DNA of 56,835 nucleotides from contig NC_068995.1 of assembly GCF_001194135.2 (NCBI RefSeq), positions 52,784,538 through 52,841,372 on the forward strand, in the 5' to 3' direction. Positions 1 to 13,091 of the stretch are shown one piece after another. This stretch comes from Octopus bimaculoides (taxonomy: Eukaryota). Under the pieces are notes generated by a model. The model worked only from the letters and a program-made list of their open reading frames with translations, was not told the DNA's origin and searched no databases. The number at the start of each line of letters is the position of its first letter. Within the stretch, counting starts at the first letter, position 1. The position numbers were made by a program, and so were the translations under genes.

Positions 1-18
1 AGAATTATATATATATAT

Positions 19-75
<57 letters not shown>

Positions 76-189
76 CTCTGCTATTTTGTTTCTTATATTA
101 AATAATTTTATTTCTTGATTATAATACATCCTTATACAAATATACAATCACACACACACACACACACACGCACACACACACGGCATAAC

Positions 190-292
190 TGTGGTTTAAA
201 AGCATGCTTCCCAAGCATTTGGTTATGGGCTTACTTCTGCAGCGCTCAACCTTGGTCAAGTGTCTACTGCATTAGTACCGGGCTGACCAAAG
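190..292 (+). mobile_element. Degenerate SINE family B fragment (tRNA head plus CORE-like segment)
   Basis: gtggtttaaaagcatgcttcccaagc...accttggtcaagtgtc aligns by eye with the family B copy at 22613. Confidence 0.55.
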
Positions 293-430
293 TCCAGTAG
301 GAATACATGGTAGATGGGAACTGAGAAAAAAAAAAGTCTTTCCTTCGTGAGCCACGCCAAGCTCTTGAGGACCGGTTTCCTGGTTTCAGTGGTGTATATG
401 TTCCCCACCTGGATGGGACGNNNNNNNNNN

Positions 431-479
<49 letters not shown>

Positions 480-1895
480 GAGACAGAGAGAGAACAAGTA
501 TGAGTGACAGATGTTTGGATGTTGATGAGCAATTTCAGGCCAATCAATCATCTGGTCATTTCTTTTGTAGAGTGTGTATCTATCTATCTACCAGCACCAC
601 CACTAGCACTACCATCATCATTATTATGGTCACCACCACCACCATCACTAATACAACAACAACACCCCCACTGCCACCATCACCATAATTACTACTGCCA
701 CCAACACCATCACCACCTCCACCACCAACACCACCTCCACCATCAACAGCACCGTTATCACTATCATCATCGCATCACCATTAAGGCCACAACTGTCTTC
801 ATTACCCTCCCCTCTCCACCACCAGCCTAGCAACAGTACCACCACTGCCACCATCACTAGAATTACTACTACCACCGACACTACCACTAACAGCAGCACC
901 TCTACTACAACCATTACTCTTTTGATCAGTGTACGATGCCAAAGGCCATGCTTTCTGCCACACCCACTGAGTTTCACAATGAGAAATGTAAATGTTTTCT
1001 TTACATAAACTTCTGGTAGTTTCTCTTGAAATGAACAAATATTATTATTACATCTAGGAAATTCATTTTCAAAATTAATAAAAATATTTACACAAAATCT
1101 TTAGTTTTATTTTTTGTTTGTTCTTTTTAAATAATTATGACATTTTGAAGAACATTGGATTATTGGCATTGTTGCTGTTGCATAAAATGCCTTGTGGTAG
1201 CTGTCCCAACATTTTTTTTTTAAAATCTATGTTCTGAGCTCAAATCCCACCAAGACTGAACTGTGCTTTTCATCCTTCAAGGGTCTAAAAGAAGGACGAA
1301 AGACCAGTTAAGTACTGAGGTCTGATGTAATTGGCAGTACCACCATCCTTCTTTCCAAATTGACATTCAAAATGGCTGACAACTAACATCACAATAAAAT
1401 TAGAACCAGACGAACACTGGAGTTGATGCAATCAACTTACACCCTCCCCCCAAATTGCCGGCCTTGTGCTAAAATTTGAAACCAATAGTAACTGCATTGG
1501 GGTCATAGTTTTGATGCCAGTGGTAGGATTGGTGCTGTTTGCGAAAACCATGGTGTTGGAGATTGTCTTGGTGCTGGTAGTGGTGGTGGTGGTGGAGGAA
1601 GCAAATTATATGATAAATAAAATCTGCTTCATTTACTCTTTCATTCTTTTATTTTGTTTCAGTAAATTGACCATGGCCATGCTGGAGCACCACCTCAAAG
1701 GGTTTTTATTTTAGTTAAACAAATTGACCTGAGGAGTTTTTGCTTTTTTAAAAAGCCTGGCACTTATTCTATCAATCTGTTTTGAAGAACTGCTAAGCTG
1801 TGAAGATGTAAACAAACCAACACCAGTTATCAATTGGAGAAGCAAGGACAAACACAGACACAAGGACACACACACACATATATATACATATATAT

Positions 1896-2080
1896 GTGGT
1901 GGTAGCACATAGAAGCACCCATTACACACTCAGAGTGGTTGTCATTAGGGAGGGCATCCAACCGTAGAGACCATGCTAAATCAGACTGGAGTCTGGTGCA
2001 GCCCCTCAGCTTACCAGCCCCGGTTAAACCGTTGAGTCCATGCCAGCATGGACAACGGACATTAAATGATGATGATGATG
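1896..2080 (+). mobile_element. Family A retroposon 3' tail (RTE-type tail, GAT-repeat end)
   Basis: agggcatcc motif ... catgccagcatgga ... ttaaa(tga)n; same tail recurs more than 10 times in the window. Confidence 0.75.
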
Positions 2081-2223
2081 TTGGCGTTAGGAAGGGCATC
2101 CAGCTGTAGAAACTCTGCCAAATTAGATTGGAGCCTGGTGTAGCCATCTGGTTTCACCAGTCCTCAGTCAAATCGTCCAACCCATGCTAGCATGGAAAGC
2201 GGACGTTAAACGACGACGAACGA
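2081..2223 (+). mobile_element. Family A retroposon 3' tail, young copy, tandem to the previous copy
   Basis: ttggcgttaggaagggcatccagctgtagaaac...gacgttaaacgacgacga; near-identical to the reverse complement of 27303-27440 and to 40210-40350. Confidence 0.85.
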
Positions 2224-2234
2224 TATATATATGA

Positions 2235-2385
2235 TGGGCTTCATTTCAGTTTCTGTCAACAAAATCAACCCACAAGGCTTTGGAGGACTTGAGGCTATAG
2301 AAGAAGACACTTGCCCAAGGTTCCATGCAGTGGGACTGAACCTGGAACCATGTAGTCGGGAAGCAAGCTTCCTACCACACAACCA
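2235..2385 (-). mobile_element. SINE family B copy
   Basis: Reverse complement of the 22613 copy (cttgcccaagg, gggactgaacc, accacacaacc). Confidence 0.8.
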
Positions 2386-3268
2386 TTGTGTGAATTGAAT
2401 TCTAGACATAAATTTCAGAAGAAAACACTGCCACCACTATCATCACCAGCATCACCATCACCACCAACAACAACAGCAACAAGATATAAAAAAGTCCCCA
2501 CCATTGCTCAGAGACTGCATACATTAGTTTGATACAGAGAAGGCAAATAACAACAACAACCAAACAAAATATCCAGACCAAACTGCTACTGGCTGAATCA
2601 ACAACAAATATATTTAACTGGATTTAATGATGGTTATGCTCCAGGGTCTTGTTTTAATTTAACAGTTGTTAATTAGCAATTCATAAGCCATGAAATTTAA
2701 TAAAAAAAAAAAAGAAGAAAAACTAAAAAGAAACACATCACTGTTTGTCAGAGGTCACATGGATAAACGAAAGACAGGGACATTTGTGTAGATGTAAGAG
2801 GAAGAGGGTGATGAAATCTGATGTATGGTGGTGGTGGCGTGTGTGGGGGAGGATGGGGTGGGGTGGACAGAAAGCTTCCATTTGTATAATTAATAAAATG
2901 ATTTTTGAGATATAGCTAAAATATAAATTAACGACTAACATTTTAATGTAAATGATATAAAGCATTATTATACGCAACGATTTTTAATAGGAAAATGAAA
3001 GTGTGTCAGGTTTATTGTCTGTATGTGAGTGTGTGTGTGCGTGTGTGTGTGCGCGGATGGGGGGGGGGCGTATTTTGGTCGAGTCAGACTCTGGCTACAC
3101 TGAAATTCATTTCAGGATGCACAGAGTCTTCAGTCAAGTTGGTGAAATTCAGAAAGACAAAAAAAAAACTGACTCGACTAATATAAAATATTATTAATCT
3201 CTGTAACAGCATCAGGTACTCTTTGTCCCAACATTCAGCACTAGATGTGTGTGTGTGTGTGTGTGTGT

Positions 3269-3299
<31 letters not shown>

Positions 3300-3977
3300 A
3301 TTGGAAACTAAACTTTGCTTGCGAAGGCCTGTTGGGGCAAGCGAAAGCGAAATCGTGATGGCACCTGTGCCCAGCGTCGCCTTTCTGGCACTTGTGCCGG
3401 TGGCACGTGTAAAAACATTCGAGCGAGATCGTTTCCAGTCCAGCTAATTGTATTATGTTCTCTTCAGTAGATGGATTTCGTATTTCTTGTAATTCCTTCT
3501 CCCAAAAGTAAAATTTTCTAGTCGACGTCGCAGGCTCTATTCTACCATACTTTCTTCTCCAACTTCTTCTTCATATACCATTCGGTATAGCATTTCCATT
3601 TCTAAACTCCACATTCTTCAGTAACCATCAAAATGCTTATTTTTCTCCACTCAAACAATTTACTTGATAGAATTTTCACTTCCAAAACCAATATCCTATT
3701 TCTGAAACAACAGAAGCAGCAACAACAACAGCAACAATGGTGAAAATGGTGACGGCACTGGTAGTGGTGATGGTGATGGCGATGATGATGGTAATGATGA
3801 TGATGATGATGATGATGAGGAGGAGGAGGAGGAAGATCTCTCCTTTGCGAAGACTGGATGTCCTGTTCTCCATCGTGAATAAAAATAAAATCAATATCTA
3901 TTTTGGAAAGCTTAAACTTGATCCTGTGAGTGATCCGAGATGAATATCTGTAAATAAAAGTGTGCATGTGCGTGTGT

Positions 3978-4013
<36 letters not shown>

Positions 4014-4204
4014 CAAAAGAATCCTGGTTATCTTCGTTGTCTGCTGGTAAACATAAATATATCTCATAATCACAAATGAAAAGCAAACAGCTTCCATTTG
4101 ACGCATGTGCATCCACCCCAAGCCTAATGCCTTGTTTACATGCAGGAAGCAAAGTCGGAAAAAGCTACTTCATGTTACTCAAACAACAGATCATGTTTCA
4201 CTAG

Positions 4205-4242
4205 ATTCGGCGTAATATTCAATCAGTGGAGCATGCCTGGCA
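4205..4242 (+). CDS. Putative 38-nt coding exon (IRRNIQSVEHAWQ) of an unidentified gene
   Basis: Acceptor tgtttcactag|, donor GCA|gtaagt; ends in phase 2, matching the phase of the candidate exon at 4860. Confidence 0.5.
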
Positions 4243-4859
4243 GTAAGTAGAGCAAAGGGTGAGGAAGTGAGTTCAAACCCGACCCGGATTGCTATCTGGT
4301 TGATCTGATCGATTTTTCTTTTTGTTTTTATTTATTTTTTTTTGTATGTGTGTGTGTGTGTGTGTGTGTGTGGTTTTGGTGAGGATGGCGGGGGAGTGAG
4401 TTGATGGCTGGCAATGTATACAAGTACTGCTTCACTATGTTGGTAATAAGAAATATATAATTTCCATGAATGTTAGTTGTTATATTCAGCTAACCTACTT
4501 AAGCACTACATATCACCATATATGGTCAGGGATCAGAGAATTTCTTACAATCCAGATACAGGATTCTGGATGAATCTCTGTCACTTTAAAAGGTCATAAC
4601 CAAGTTGATAGGTCCTCCACCAAAAGCAATACTAGTTGCTGTATGGTAATTTGTTGTCCCTACCTTGCTGTTTAAAACCCTTCTTCGTGTTGTTTCACTT
4701 AAATATGACCCCTGTAAGTGTCATAAAATGATTGTTTGTAATATCGGTTGGCTTTACAATAAATAACTACTTATGTTATTGAAACCTTAAATCTGTCAAG
4801 AAATTTGGTGATTATTCACTGTGCCGTACATATTCCTCATATTAAAGGCTCTCATTCAG

Positions 4860-5056
4860 GCTGTTGAAGCCTAATCCTAGATCTGTCTCTGTCAAGAGAC
4901 ACTTGTCCGCTGTCAGTGTACCGATTTCCGTCCGACCACCTCCACCTCATAAACTGTTGAAAGAATTCACAAATAGAAGTTGGTTTGATGGACGCTTAGG
5001 CTTAATGATTGCTGACAAGCTAGAGAACTCATCGTTAACATCACCTTGTTTTGCAG
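4860..5056 (+). CDS. Putative 197-nt coding exon (LLKPNPRSVSVKRHLSAV...EFTNRSWFDGRLGLMIADKLENSSLTSPCFA), product not recognised
   Basis: Acceptor ctcattcag|, donor GCAG|gtaaag; only one open plus frame; non-repetitive complex sequence; in frame with 4205-4242. Confidence 0.55.
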
Positions 5057-5909
5057 GTAAAGAACATTGATAACTAAGTGTATGAGGAAGGAAGGTAAAG
5101 GGGAAAAATAAAGAAAAAGGAAATATTAAAAAGGGAAAGTGACGAATGCTTCATGTCGAGCAGTTAGCAGGGTATTTCTTGATTGATAAATATAATTTTC
5201 TTTTGCAGCAGTTCCATGAAAACGACTGATGCTTCCGTTTACTAAGCAGGACAATGACTTGTGATTTTAACAAGACATGGTTTGTAATTCTCTACGTTTT
5301 TTCTTTTTCTTTTCGATCTTTTTTTTTTAGATTTTAGAAGCGAACATTTTACTTAACTCTTCACCATTAGAATGGGAATGTTGGAAAATGGTGGGAGATT
5401 TAATGTTCAGTTTGAATTTTTATAAGTTTGCTGTCATAGTTGTTGTCGTTGTTGTTTAGCCCTAGGTCAGTCCTGATTGAGTCCTGATCCCTACGATCAA
5501 AACAATCTCAACAACAACAACCATTAAATCTTTCACTTTGAGACATTATATATCAAATAGTTACATAATCCAACATAGGTCTTTTAAAGGATGTTTTAGA
5601 GGTGTGAACACAGTGTCTTGGATCTCAATTTCCAGAGTTCAATTCCTCCCTTCTTTTACTTTGCCATTTACAAGAATAATAAAATTTTGAACCAGTAATT
5701 ACTACAGGTTCAGTTTAAGGCTTCTTCAAATTTTAGAACAAGGGATTAATTCAACTTTCAGTAGTAGTTGAAAACAGGTGAAGTTCAGCAACAGGGAGGG
5801 CATCTGGCCATAGAAAATCTGCCTCAGTGAATTCTGTCTGATCCATGCAAGCATGGAAAAGTGGACTTTGAGATTATGACAAGGAGGAAGAAAACACACA
5901 CACACGAGT

Positions 5910-5944
<35 letters not shown>

Positions 5945-5988
5945 AAGAGAGAGAAAAAAAGAGAGAGAAAGAAAGAGANNNNNNNNNN

Positions 5989-6059
<71 letters not shown>

Positions 6060-6279
6060 AAGAGAGAGAAAAAAAGAGAGAGAAAGAAAGAGATTGAGAT
6101 TACAAAAGAATAAGTAGATAAAAAATGAAGGACCGAAAGTTCACAGGAAATGCAGGAGGGCATAAGTGGCTTAGAATGAGCTAAGATGAAGGCTAAGAAA
6201 GTAATTACCATTCCAAGATGCCAAAGAATCTGTTAAGGGAGTGATTCGAGTAAGACTGTTTTGATTTAGGACTGGTGCA

Positions 6280-7350
6280 GTAGCATGTTGTTGAGGATGA
6301 TGATGATGATGACGACGATGGTGACGAGGATGATGACGACGATAGTGATAATGATGACGACAATGGTGAAGTTGATGACTAGGGCGATGATGATGATTAT
6401 AATGACAATGGTGCTGATCGTTATGATAATGATAATAGTTATAAAGCTGAAGATGGTTATGATGATGAAGGTAAATGATGATGGCTATGGTGATGATGGT
6501 TATAATAATGGTGGTGATGATGTTATGATGATGATGATGATGATGATGATGATAGTTATAATGATGGTTAAGATGGTGATGGTGATGATGATGGGGATAA
6601 TGATGGTGATGGTAATAATGTTATGATGATGATGGTTATGATGATGATGGCTATAATGATGACAATGACGAGATTTGGATGATGACAGTTTGAAGTGTGA
6701 TGTGATTATGAGAACACTAAATTGAGGTGAGAGATGTCACCAATTTTATTGCAGCAGTGGTGGTGGTGGTAGTGGTAGTAGTAGTAGTAGTAGTAGTAGT
6801 AGCAATGGTAGTAGTGGCGGTGGTGGTGGTCATGGCGAGGGTGGTGCTGGTGGTGCTTGATGGTAGTGGTTGAATAGTGCTGGAGTGATATTGGAGCAGT
6901 GTCAGTAGTAGAGCTGAAGTGGTGTTCATGGCGGAGTGGCATTGGAGTGGTGGGGTGGTGTTGATAGCAGAGTAGTGTTGATGATAAAATAGTGTAAATG
7001 GCATTGGTGGTGGAGTAGTGTTGGCAATGCAGAGATGCTGCCCCTATTGGAGTGGCATTGGAGTGGTGATGGCAAAGCACTGCTGGTATTTGATTGTCAT
7101 TGGAGTGGTGATAGCAGAGTGCTGTTGGTATTGGAGTGGCATTGGCTGTGGAGTAGTGTTACCAGTGGAGTAGTGGTGTTTCAACAATGGCAGAGTGGCG
7201 TTGGTGTAGGAGTTGCATTGGTGGAGTGGTGCTGGTCATGGAGTGGCAATGACAGCAGAGCACTGTTTGAGTGGCATTGGAGTGGTGTTGCTGTTTGAGT
7301 GGTGTTGGAGTGGAGCTGATGTTTGAGTGGTGTTAGCATTGGAGTGGCAT
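6280..7350. repeat. Degenerate (GAT)n/(GGT)n/(AGT)n and tggagtggca low-complexity tract
   Basis: Direct inspection; source of several spurious M/H/T-rich ORFs. Confidence 0.9.
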
Positions 7351-7946
7351 GGTTGGAAGAGTGACAAAGCCAGTTATTGTGGTCATGCTGCTGATTCTGT
7401 TCGTTATCTTGGCCTTTGTGAAATTTCTGATGACAATTTCTCAGAAACTTTTAATTGGAATATAAGAAAAAGAAAAAAGACCCTAATAAATGAATAAAAA
7501 ATAATATGCCCCACAACAAATGATATCAAAATAAAAATGAAATAAGAGACAGAAAATATAAATAAAAACAAGGAAATAAAACTTTAAAAAAAATAATTGA
7601 AAAATAGGAAAATTGAAATATTGAAAAAATGTTGAGATTACAAGAGCTCGTTGGTGCTTGCTTTATACATTTTAGTTCTTGAGGTATATATGTGTGTGTG
7701 TGTGTGTATATATGTATATATGATTTTAGTGACAGAAATAAGGGGTGAGGGAGTAGAGTGGGGTGGGAGGAAATGGACAGAAAGATGTTTGTAGACAGAA
7801 ATAACGGAATGTTTTGAAACGTGCACATGGTTGGTTGATGAAATAAAAGAGGAGGAAGAAAAAAGAATATGTTTCATATTGATGTTTGACAGACATAGGT
7901 AGATAGGTAAGTAGGCAGATAGATAGATAGATAGACAGACAGATCG

Positions 7947-7995
<49 letters not shown>

Positions 7996-9299
7996 TAGAT
8001 AGATAGATAGATAGACAAGCAGATAGATAGATAGACATAGATATATAGATTGACAAAGATAGATGGATAGATAGATAGATAGACTAACAGACAGATAGAT
8101 AGACAGATAGATAGATATATAAATATAGACAGACAGATAGATACATACATACATACATAAATAGATAGATAGATATATAGATAAATTTACAGAGAAATAG
8201 TTAGCAAGCGAAATAAATAGATAGATGAAGGGAGACTGAAAGAGATAACTGGAATGGGGGGGGTAGGGGGTGTCATGCGATTACGTCAATGTGCAGAAAC
8301 AACAACAACATCGATGATGACGGCGACAGCAGCAGTAACAACAACAATGAAAGCAGAGCAACAACAACATATAAAATATTGCCCAACAGCATTTTGCACA
8401 GTAATATTACGGAGAAGCTTTGATCTCGCAACTCATGTTGGAACATCAAACAAAACCCAGCTTCCCTTCACTAGTAAAAGACCAGAACCAGATTTACCAA
8501 TGTTGTCAGTTAAAAACCCTTTGTGGTGGTCGTATTATACCAGTGCTAACGAAATGATGACGATGATGGTGGTGGAGGTAGTGATGTTTATGATGGTGGT
8601 GATGATGATGGTTGTGGTGGTGGTGGTGGTACAGATGGCAACACTGCTCTGATGCTGTAGACAATAATGTCCACGGTGATGAAGGTCATTCTGCTGCTGC
8701 TGTTGATGATGATGATGATGATGAGGATGATGATGATGATGGTGGTGGTGGTGATGGCAACACTATGATGCTGTTGACAATAATGTTGATGATGATGAAG
8801 GTCATTCTGCTTCTGCAGATGATGAAGATGCTGCTGATGATGATGATGATGATGAATATTGGTGATGGTTTAGTACCAACTAAAACACCAATAACTCTAC
8901 TTTGATTTCTCTTCTTTTCATCTTTCTCTTCATCTGTTTCAACTACATTATTAAGTGCGCTCTGTGCTTTTTTTTCCTTTCCTTCTTTCTTTCTTCACTC
9001 TTACACTTCCTTTCTCTCTTTCTTTCTTTCTCATTCTCTGTCTTTCCTTCTCTCTTTCTCCCTCATTCCTTGAGTCTTTGATAATGGACATTGGTAGTCT
9101 TAACTTATTTTCCTCCTCCTCATCACCACCACCACCACCATCCTCCTCCTCTTCCTTCCGTTCTTCCTCCTCCTCCTCCTCCTCAGCCTCCATTCCAATG
9201 GCATGAATTCATACTCGATGGTGATGCTAACGATAAATGATGACAATGACAGTAACAATGATTATGACATGAATGTTATGGAGCACCTTTCTAAAACTC

Positions 9300-9687
9300 A
9301 ATAATTTCACTTTGATTCCTCCTCTCCTCCTCCTTCTTCTTCTCCTTCCTCCCCTTCCTCCACCTCTTCTGCCTCCCCTCACGCCACCCCATCTTCAGCA
9401 TTGTAATCTCTACTTTGATCTCTTCCTCCTTTGCCAAAAATAATACAGTGCATTTTCCATTCTTTGATACCCCTCACCTCCTTTCTCTACTTTCTCCTTT
9501 CTTTTCCTCCTCCTTCTTCTTCTCCTTCCTCCTCTTCGTCCACCTCTTCTGCCTCCCCTCACCTCCTTTCTCTACTTTCTCCTTTCTTTTCCTCCTCCTT
9601 CTTCTTCTTCCTCCTCTTCGTCCACCTCTTCTGCCTCCCCTCACCTCCTTTCTCTACTTTCTCCTTTCTTTTCCTCCTCCTTCTTCT
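9300..9687. repeat. Pyrimidine-rich minisatellite, 82-85 bp unit, running into an N gap
   Basis: ccctcacctcctttctctac recurs at 9471, 9556 and 9638. Confidence 0.9.
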
Positions 9688-10354
9688 NNNNNNNNNNNNN
9701 NNNNNNNNNNNNNNNNNNNNNNNNNNNNNNNNNNNNNNNNNNNNNNNNNNNNNNNNNNNNNNNNNNNNNNNNNNNNNNNNNNNNNNNNNNNNNNNNNNNN
9801 NNNNNNNNNNNNNNNNNNNNNNNNNNNNNNNNNNNNNNNNNNNNNNNNNNNNNNNNNNNNNNNNNNNNNNNNNNNNNNNNNNNNNNNNNNNNNNNNNNNN
9901 NNNNNNNNNNNNNNNNNNNNNNNNNNNNNNNNNNNNNNNNNNNNNNNNNNNNNNNNNNNNNNNNNNNNNNNNNNNNNNNNNNNNNNNNNNNNNNNNNNNN
10001 NNNNNNNNNNNNNNNNNNNNNNNNNNNNNNNNNNNNNNNNNNNNNNNNNNNNNNNNNNNNNNNNNNNNNNNNNNGGAACCTGGGTTCAAATCCAACAACT
10101 ATGAAAAATACATTTTATAGTTTCTTTTATTTGTTTCACTTATTGGACTGTGGCCATGCTGGGGCACTGCTATGAAGAGTTTTAGTCCAACAAATTGCCC
10201 CCGGTACTCCTGTTTGAGTAGGTGCTGTTGGTGAGGGTTTTACGAGGTCAGAGTGCAAATCCTACTTCGACCTCTTTTGGACCCCTTTTAAGGCATGCAG
10301 AGGAAAAGTTGGGTCTGTTCTTTGACATGCTGGTCCTCACACAACACTCGATTT

Positions 10355-10720
10355 GACTCCGTCGGTCATGAATGACCATGGGTGCACCTAAGAGGTTCCC
10401 CTCCAGGGTACAAGTCTGGGTGGAAAGTCACCTCACCCATGAATGCATAACCTAGGGTTGTTTTTATGGAAGACCCGCAGTCGCCCATGCATACCAGCCT
10501 CCCTTCTCCATGCCACCCATGTTATCTAAGGGAAAGGCAAAGGGGCCAATACAGCTTGGCACCAGTGACATCACACTCATTTCTACGGCTGAGTGAATTG
10601 GAGCAATGTGAAGTAAAATGTCTTGCTGAAGAGCACAACATGCAGCCCGGACCAGGAATCGAACTCACAACCTCATGATCATAAGCTCGACGCTCTGACC
10701 ACTGAGCCATGCGCATTCAC
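10355..10720 (-). mobile_element. SINE family C (tRNA-derived head), near full length
   Basis: Minus head gtgaatgcgcatggctcagtggtcagagcgtcgagc...gagttcgattcc (A and B boxes); homologous to 31336-31677 and 12608-12790. Confidence 0.85.
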
Positions 10721-10737
10721 CACACAGCACTAGAGTA

Positions 10738-10851
10738 ATGTGAAATGAAGTGTTTTGTTCCAAGAACACATCACACCACCAGTCTGAGAATTGAACCCAT
10801 GATCTGCCAATCATGAGGGCAACACCCTAACCACTGGACAACACACTTCCA
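10738..10851 (-). mobile_element. Degenerate tRNA-SINE head related to family C
   Basis: gtgaaatgaagtgttttg..aagaacac...gaattgaaccc...ctaaccactgg parallels 10610-10715. Confidence 0.55.
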
Positions 10852-12279
10852 CATCGTGGTGTATGATTTGAAGTCATTTCATCCTCTTATTACAAGACTT
10901 TAGTTAAACACTGAAAGCAAGGCTGCAGATTGGTAGAATCATTGGCGCATTAAATTGAATGCTTTCATCATCATCAGATATTCTTCATCGTCGTCGTCGT
11001 CGTCATGTTCACCATCATCATCATTGCTTTAACATGCCCTTTTCCATGCAGGGATCAGATGGAGTTTATATTTTCCACAGCCAGGAACCCTTCTTGTTAC
11101 CAACCCTTACTTGCTTCCAAACAATATTGTGTTTCCCCGTGTCTAGACATGTTTCCAAAGAGTATTGGAAAGGAATTACACTGCTTGTATGACAGTGACA
11201 CTCGCTTACGACTATCATACAATACCAAGACAAGCAGACACAAAGCATACAAATATATACGATGGTTTTCCTTCTATTTCCATTGACCAGCTTCACTCAC
11301 AAGGCCTTAGTCGACCTGAGGCTATAGAAGAAGAAGAAGACACCTGCCTGTGGAGCTATGGAGTGGGATTGAACCTAAAACCAAGGGGTTGTGAAGAAAT
11401 GTACTTAACTGCACAACCATGCCTTCAACTATAAAGAAATAAACATAGAGAGATAAAATAGTACGAGATCAAACAACCTACCATTGATATTTGATTCTCT
11501 GTTATTGAGTAAATTGCATTTTTCATATTTTTTTTTTTACTGAATTAGCAGTGACTACCAGCATCGACATCAACAAGAAGAAGAAGAAGAACAACAACAA
11601 CAACAGAACATATTCTGGTGTGGTGGAAGTCCTCAATAACATAAAAATATGGCTCATATGACACCAGGAAGTAGAGTGACAGAAAACGGGAAAGAACTGG
11701 ATAAAATGTCAAACAACACTTTGCTTCGTCTCCTGCAAGTTCTGCCTTCAAACCACCGAGGTCAACGTTCAAATTTTCCTTTCATCTTTCCTAGAATTAA
11801 TACATAAGTACCAGTTCTATACTGGAATCGATTCAATTGCCTAAGCCCTTCTCTTAGCAATGTGTCAAAGCAAGAAATCCTATTACACTCACCTTAAATG
11901 TCAATAAGTAAAGTTTTGTGTTTGTTTGAGATTGTTTTGAAGTTATATCTGATGTCAAGGGACCTAGATCATCTCCCTTCTAAAAAATTTTTTCTTCAAC
12001 TGAGACCATAAAATATGAAAGGTCCCTAACTGACTTCATTTTATGAAAGACATTTTAGTAGGGAGAGTATTTCAAAGGGTCAATTAGATTGTAATCTATA
12101 ATTATTCCTATTACGTAAATGTTAAAGGCAAAGATGAAAAAAACAGAAAGGAGGTGATATTAATAAAGCTTTTACAAGTTCTCTTTGATAAGAACTTAAC
12201 ACATAATTGAGTATTAATATTAATATGTTTTTCTAAACAGAAACCTCTAAAAACACGGTTGTTATTTTGGCACGAGTTC

Positions 12280-12505
12280 ATCATCATCATCATCTTCGTT
12301 TAATGTCTGTTTTCCATGCTGGCATGGGTTGGACGGTTTGACTGAGGACTGGCAAGCCAGGCGGCTGCACCAGGCTCCAATCTGATCTGGCAAGGTTTCT
12401 ACAGCTGGATGTCCTTCCTAATGTCAACCACTCTGAGAGTGCAGTGGGTGCTTTTTACGTGCCACTGGCTCAGGAGCCAGTCAAGCGGCACTGGCATTGG
12501 CCATG
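12280..12505 (-). mobile_element. Family A retroposon 3' portion
   Basis: (cat)n cttcgtttaatgtc...ggatgtccttcctaatg...tttttacgtgccac. Confidence 0.8.
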
Positions 12506-12607
12506 AAAAGCAATAACTTACTCCAATAATGAAGCTACATTTGCAGTTTCAATCCCTGATTGGAACAATGATGAAACACTTAGCTCTCTATCTGTGGGCA
12601 GAAATGC

Positions 12608-12790
12608 AGAATGACCATGGGATTGCAACTAGAAAGTTACCCTCTGAGGCACAAGTCAGGGCAAGGTTATTTATGGAAGACCAGCAGTCGCCCATGCATA
12701 CCGGCCTTGCCTCTCCATGCCACCGATGTTATCCAAAGAAAAGGCAAAGGCCGATACAGCTTGGCACCAGTGATGTCACAACTCATTTAT
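12608..12790 (-). mobile_element. SINE family C, partial
   Basis: aatgaccatgggattgc..tagaaagttaccct...cagcttggcaccagtga shared with the other two copies. Confidence 0.8.
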
Positions 12791-12960
12791 TATCGTGCAG
12801 GTGACTGAGCATTCCACAGACACGTGTACCTTTAACGTAGTTCAAAACCATGTGGTTGGAAAGCAAACCTTTTAGTAACACTGCCATGCCTGCACCTATA
12901 TATATATGGTGGTGCCCCAGCATGGCTGCAGTCTAATGACTGAAACAAGTAAAAGATAAA

Positions 12961-12997
<37 letters not shown>

Positions 12998-13007
12998 CAT
13001 ATAAATA

Positions 13008-13091
<84 letters not shown>

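Noticed and set aside
3450-3705. Complex unique block with possible terminal-exon readings on either strand
   Set aside because: All frames close quickly and no consistent splice model emerges.
7350-7460. Hydrophobic plus frame, minus-strand SEKLSSEISQRPR* reading, and a CTGATGA...GAAAC motif
   Set aside because: No stem II or stem I can form, so it is not a hammerhead; the coding interpretation is ambiguous.
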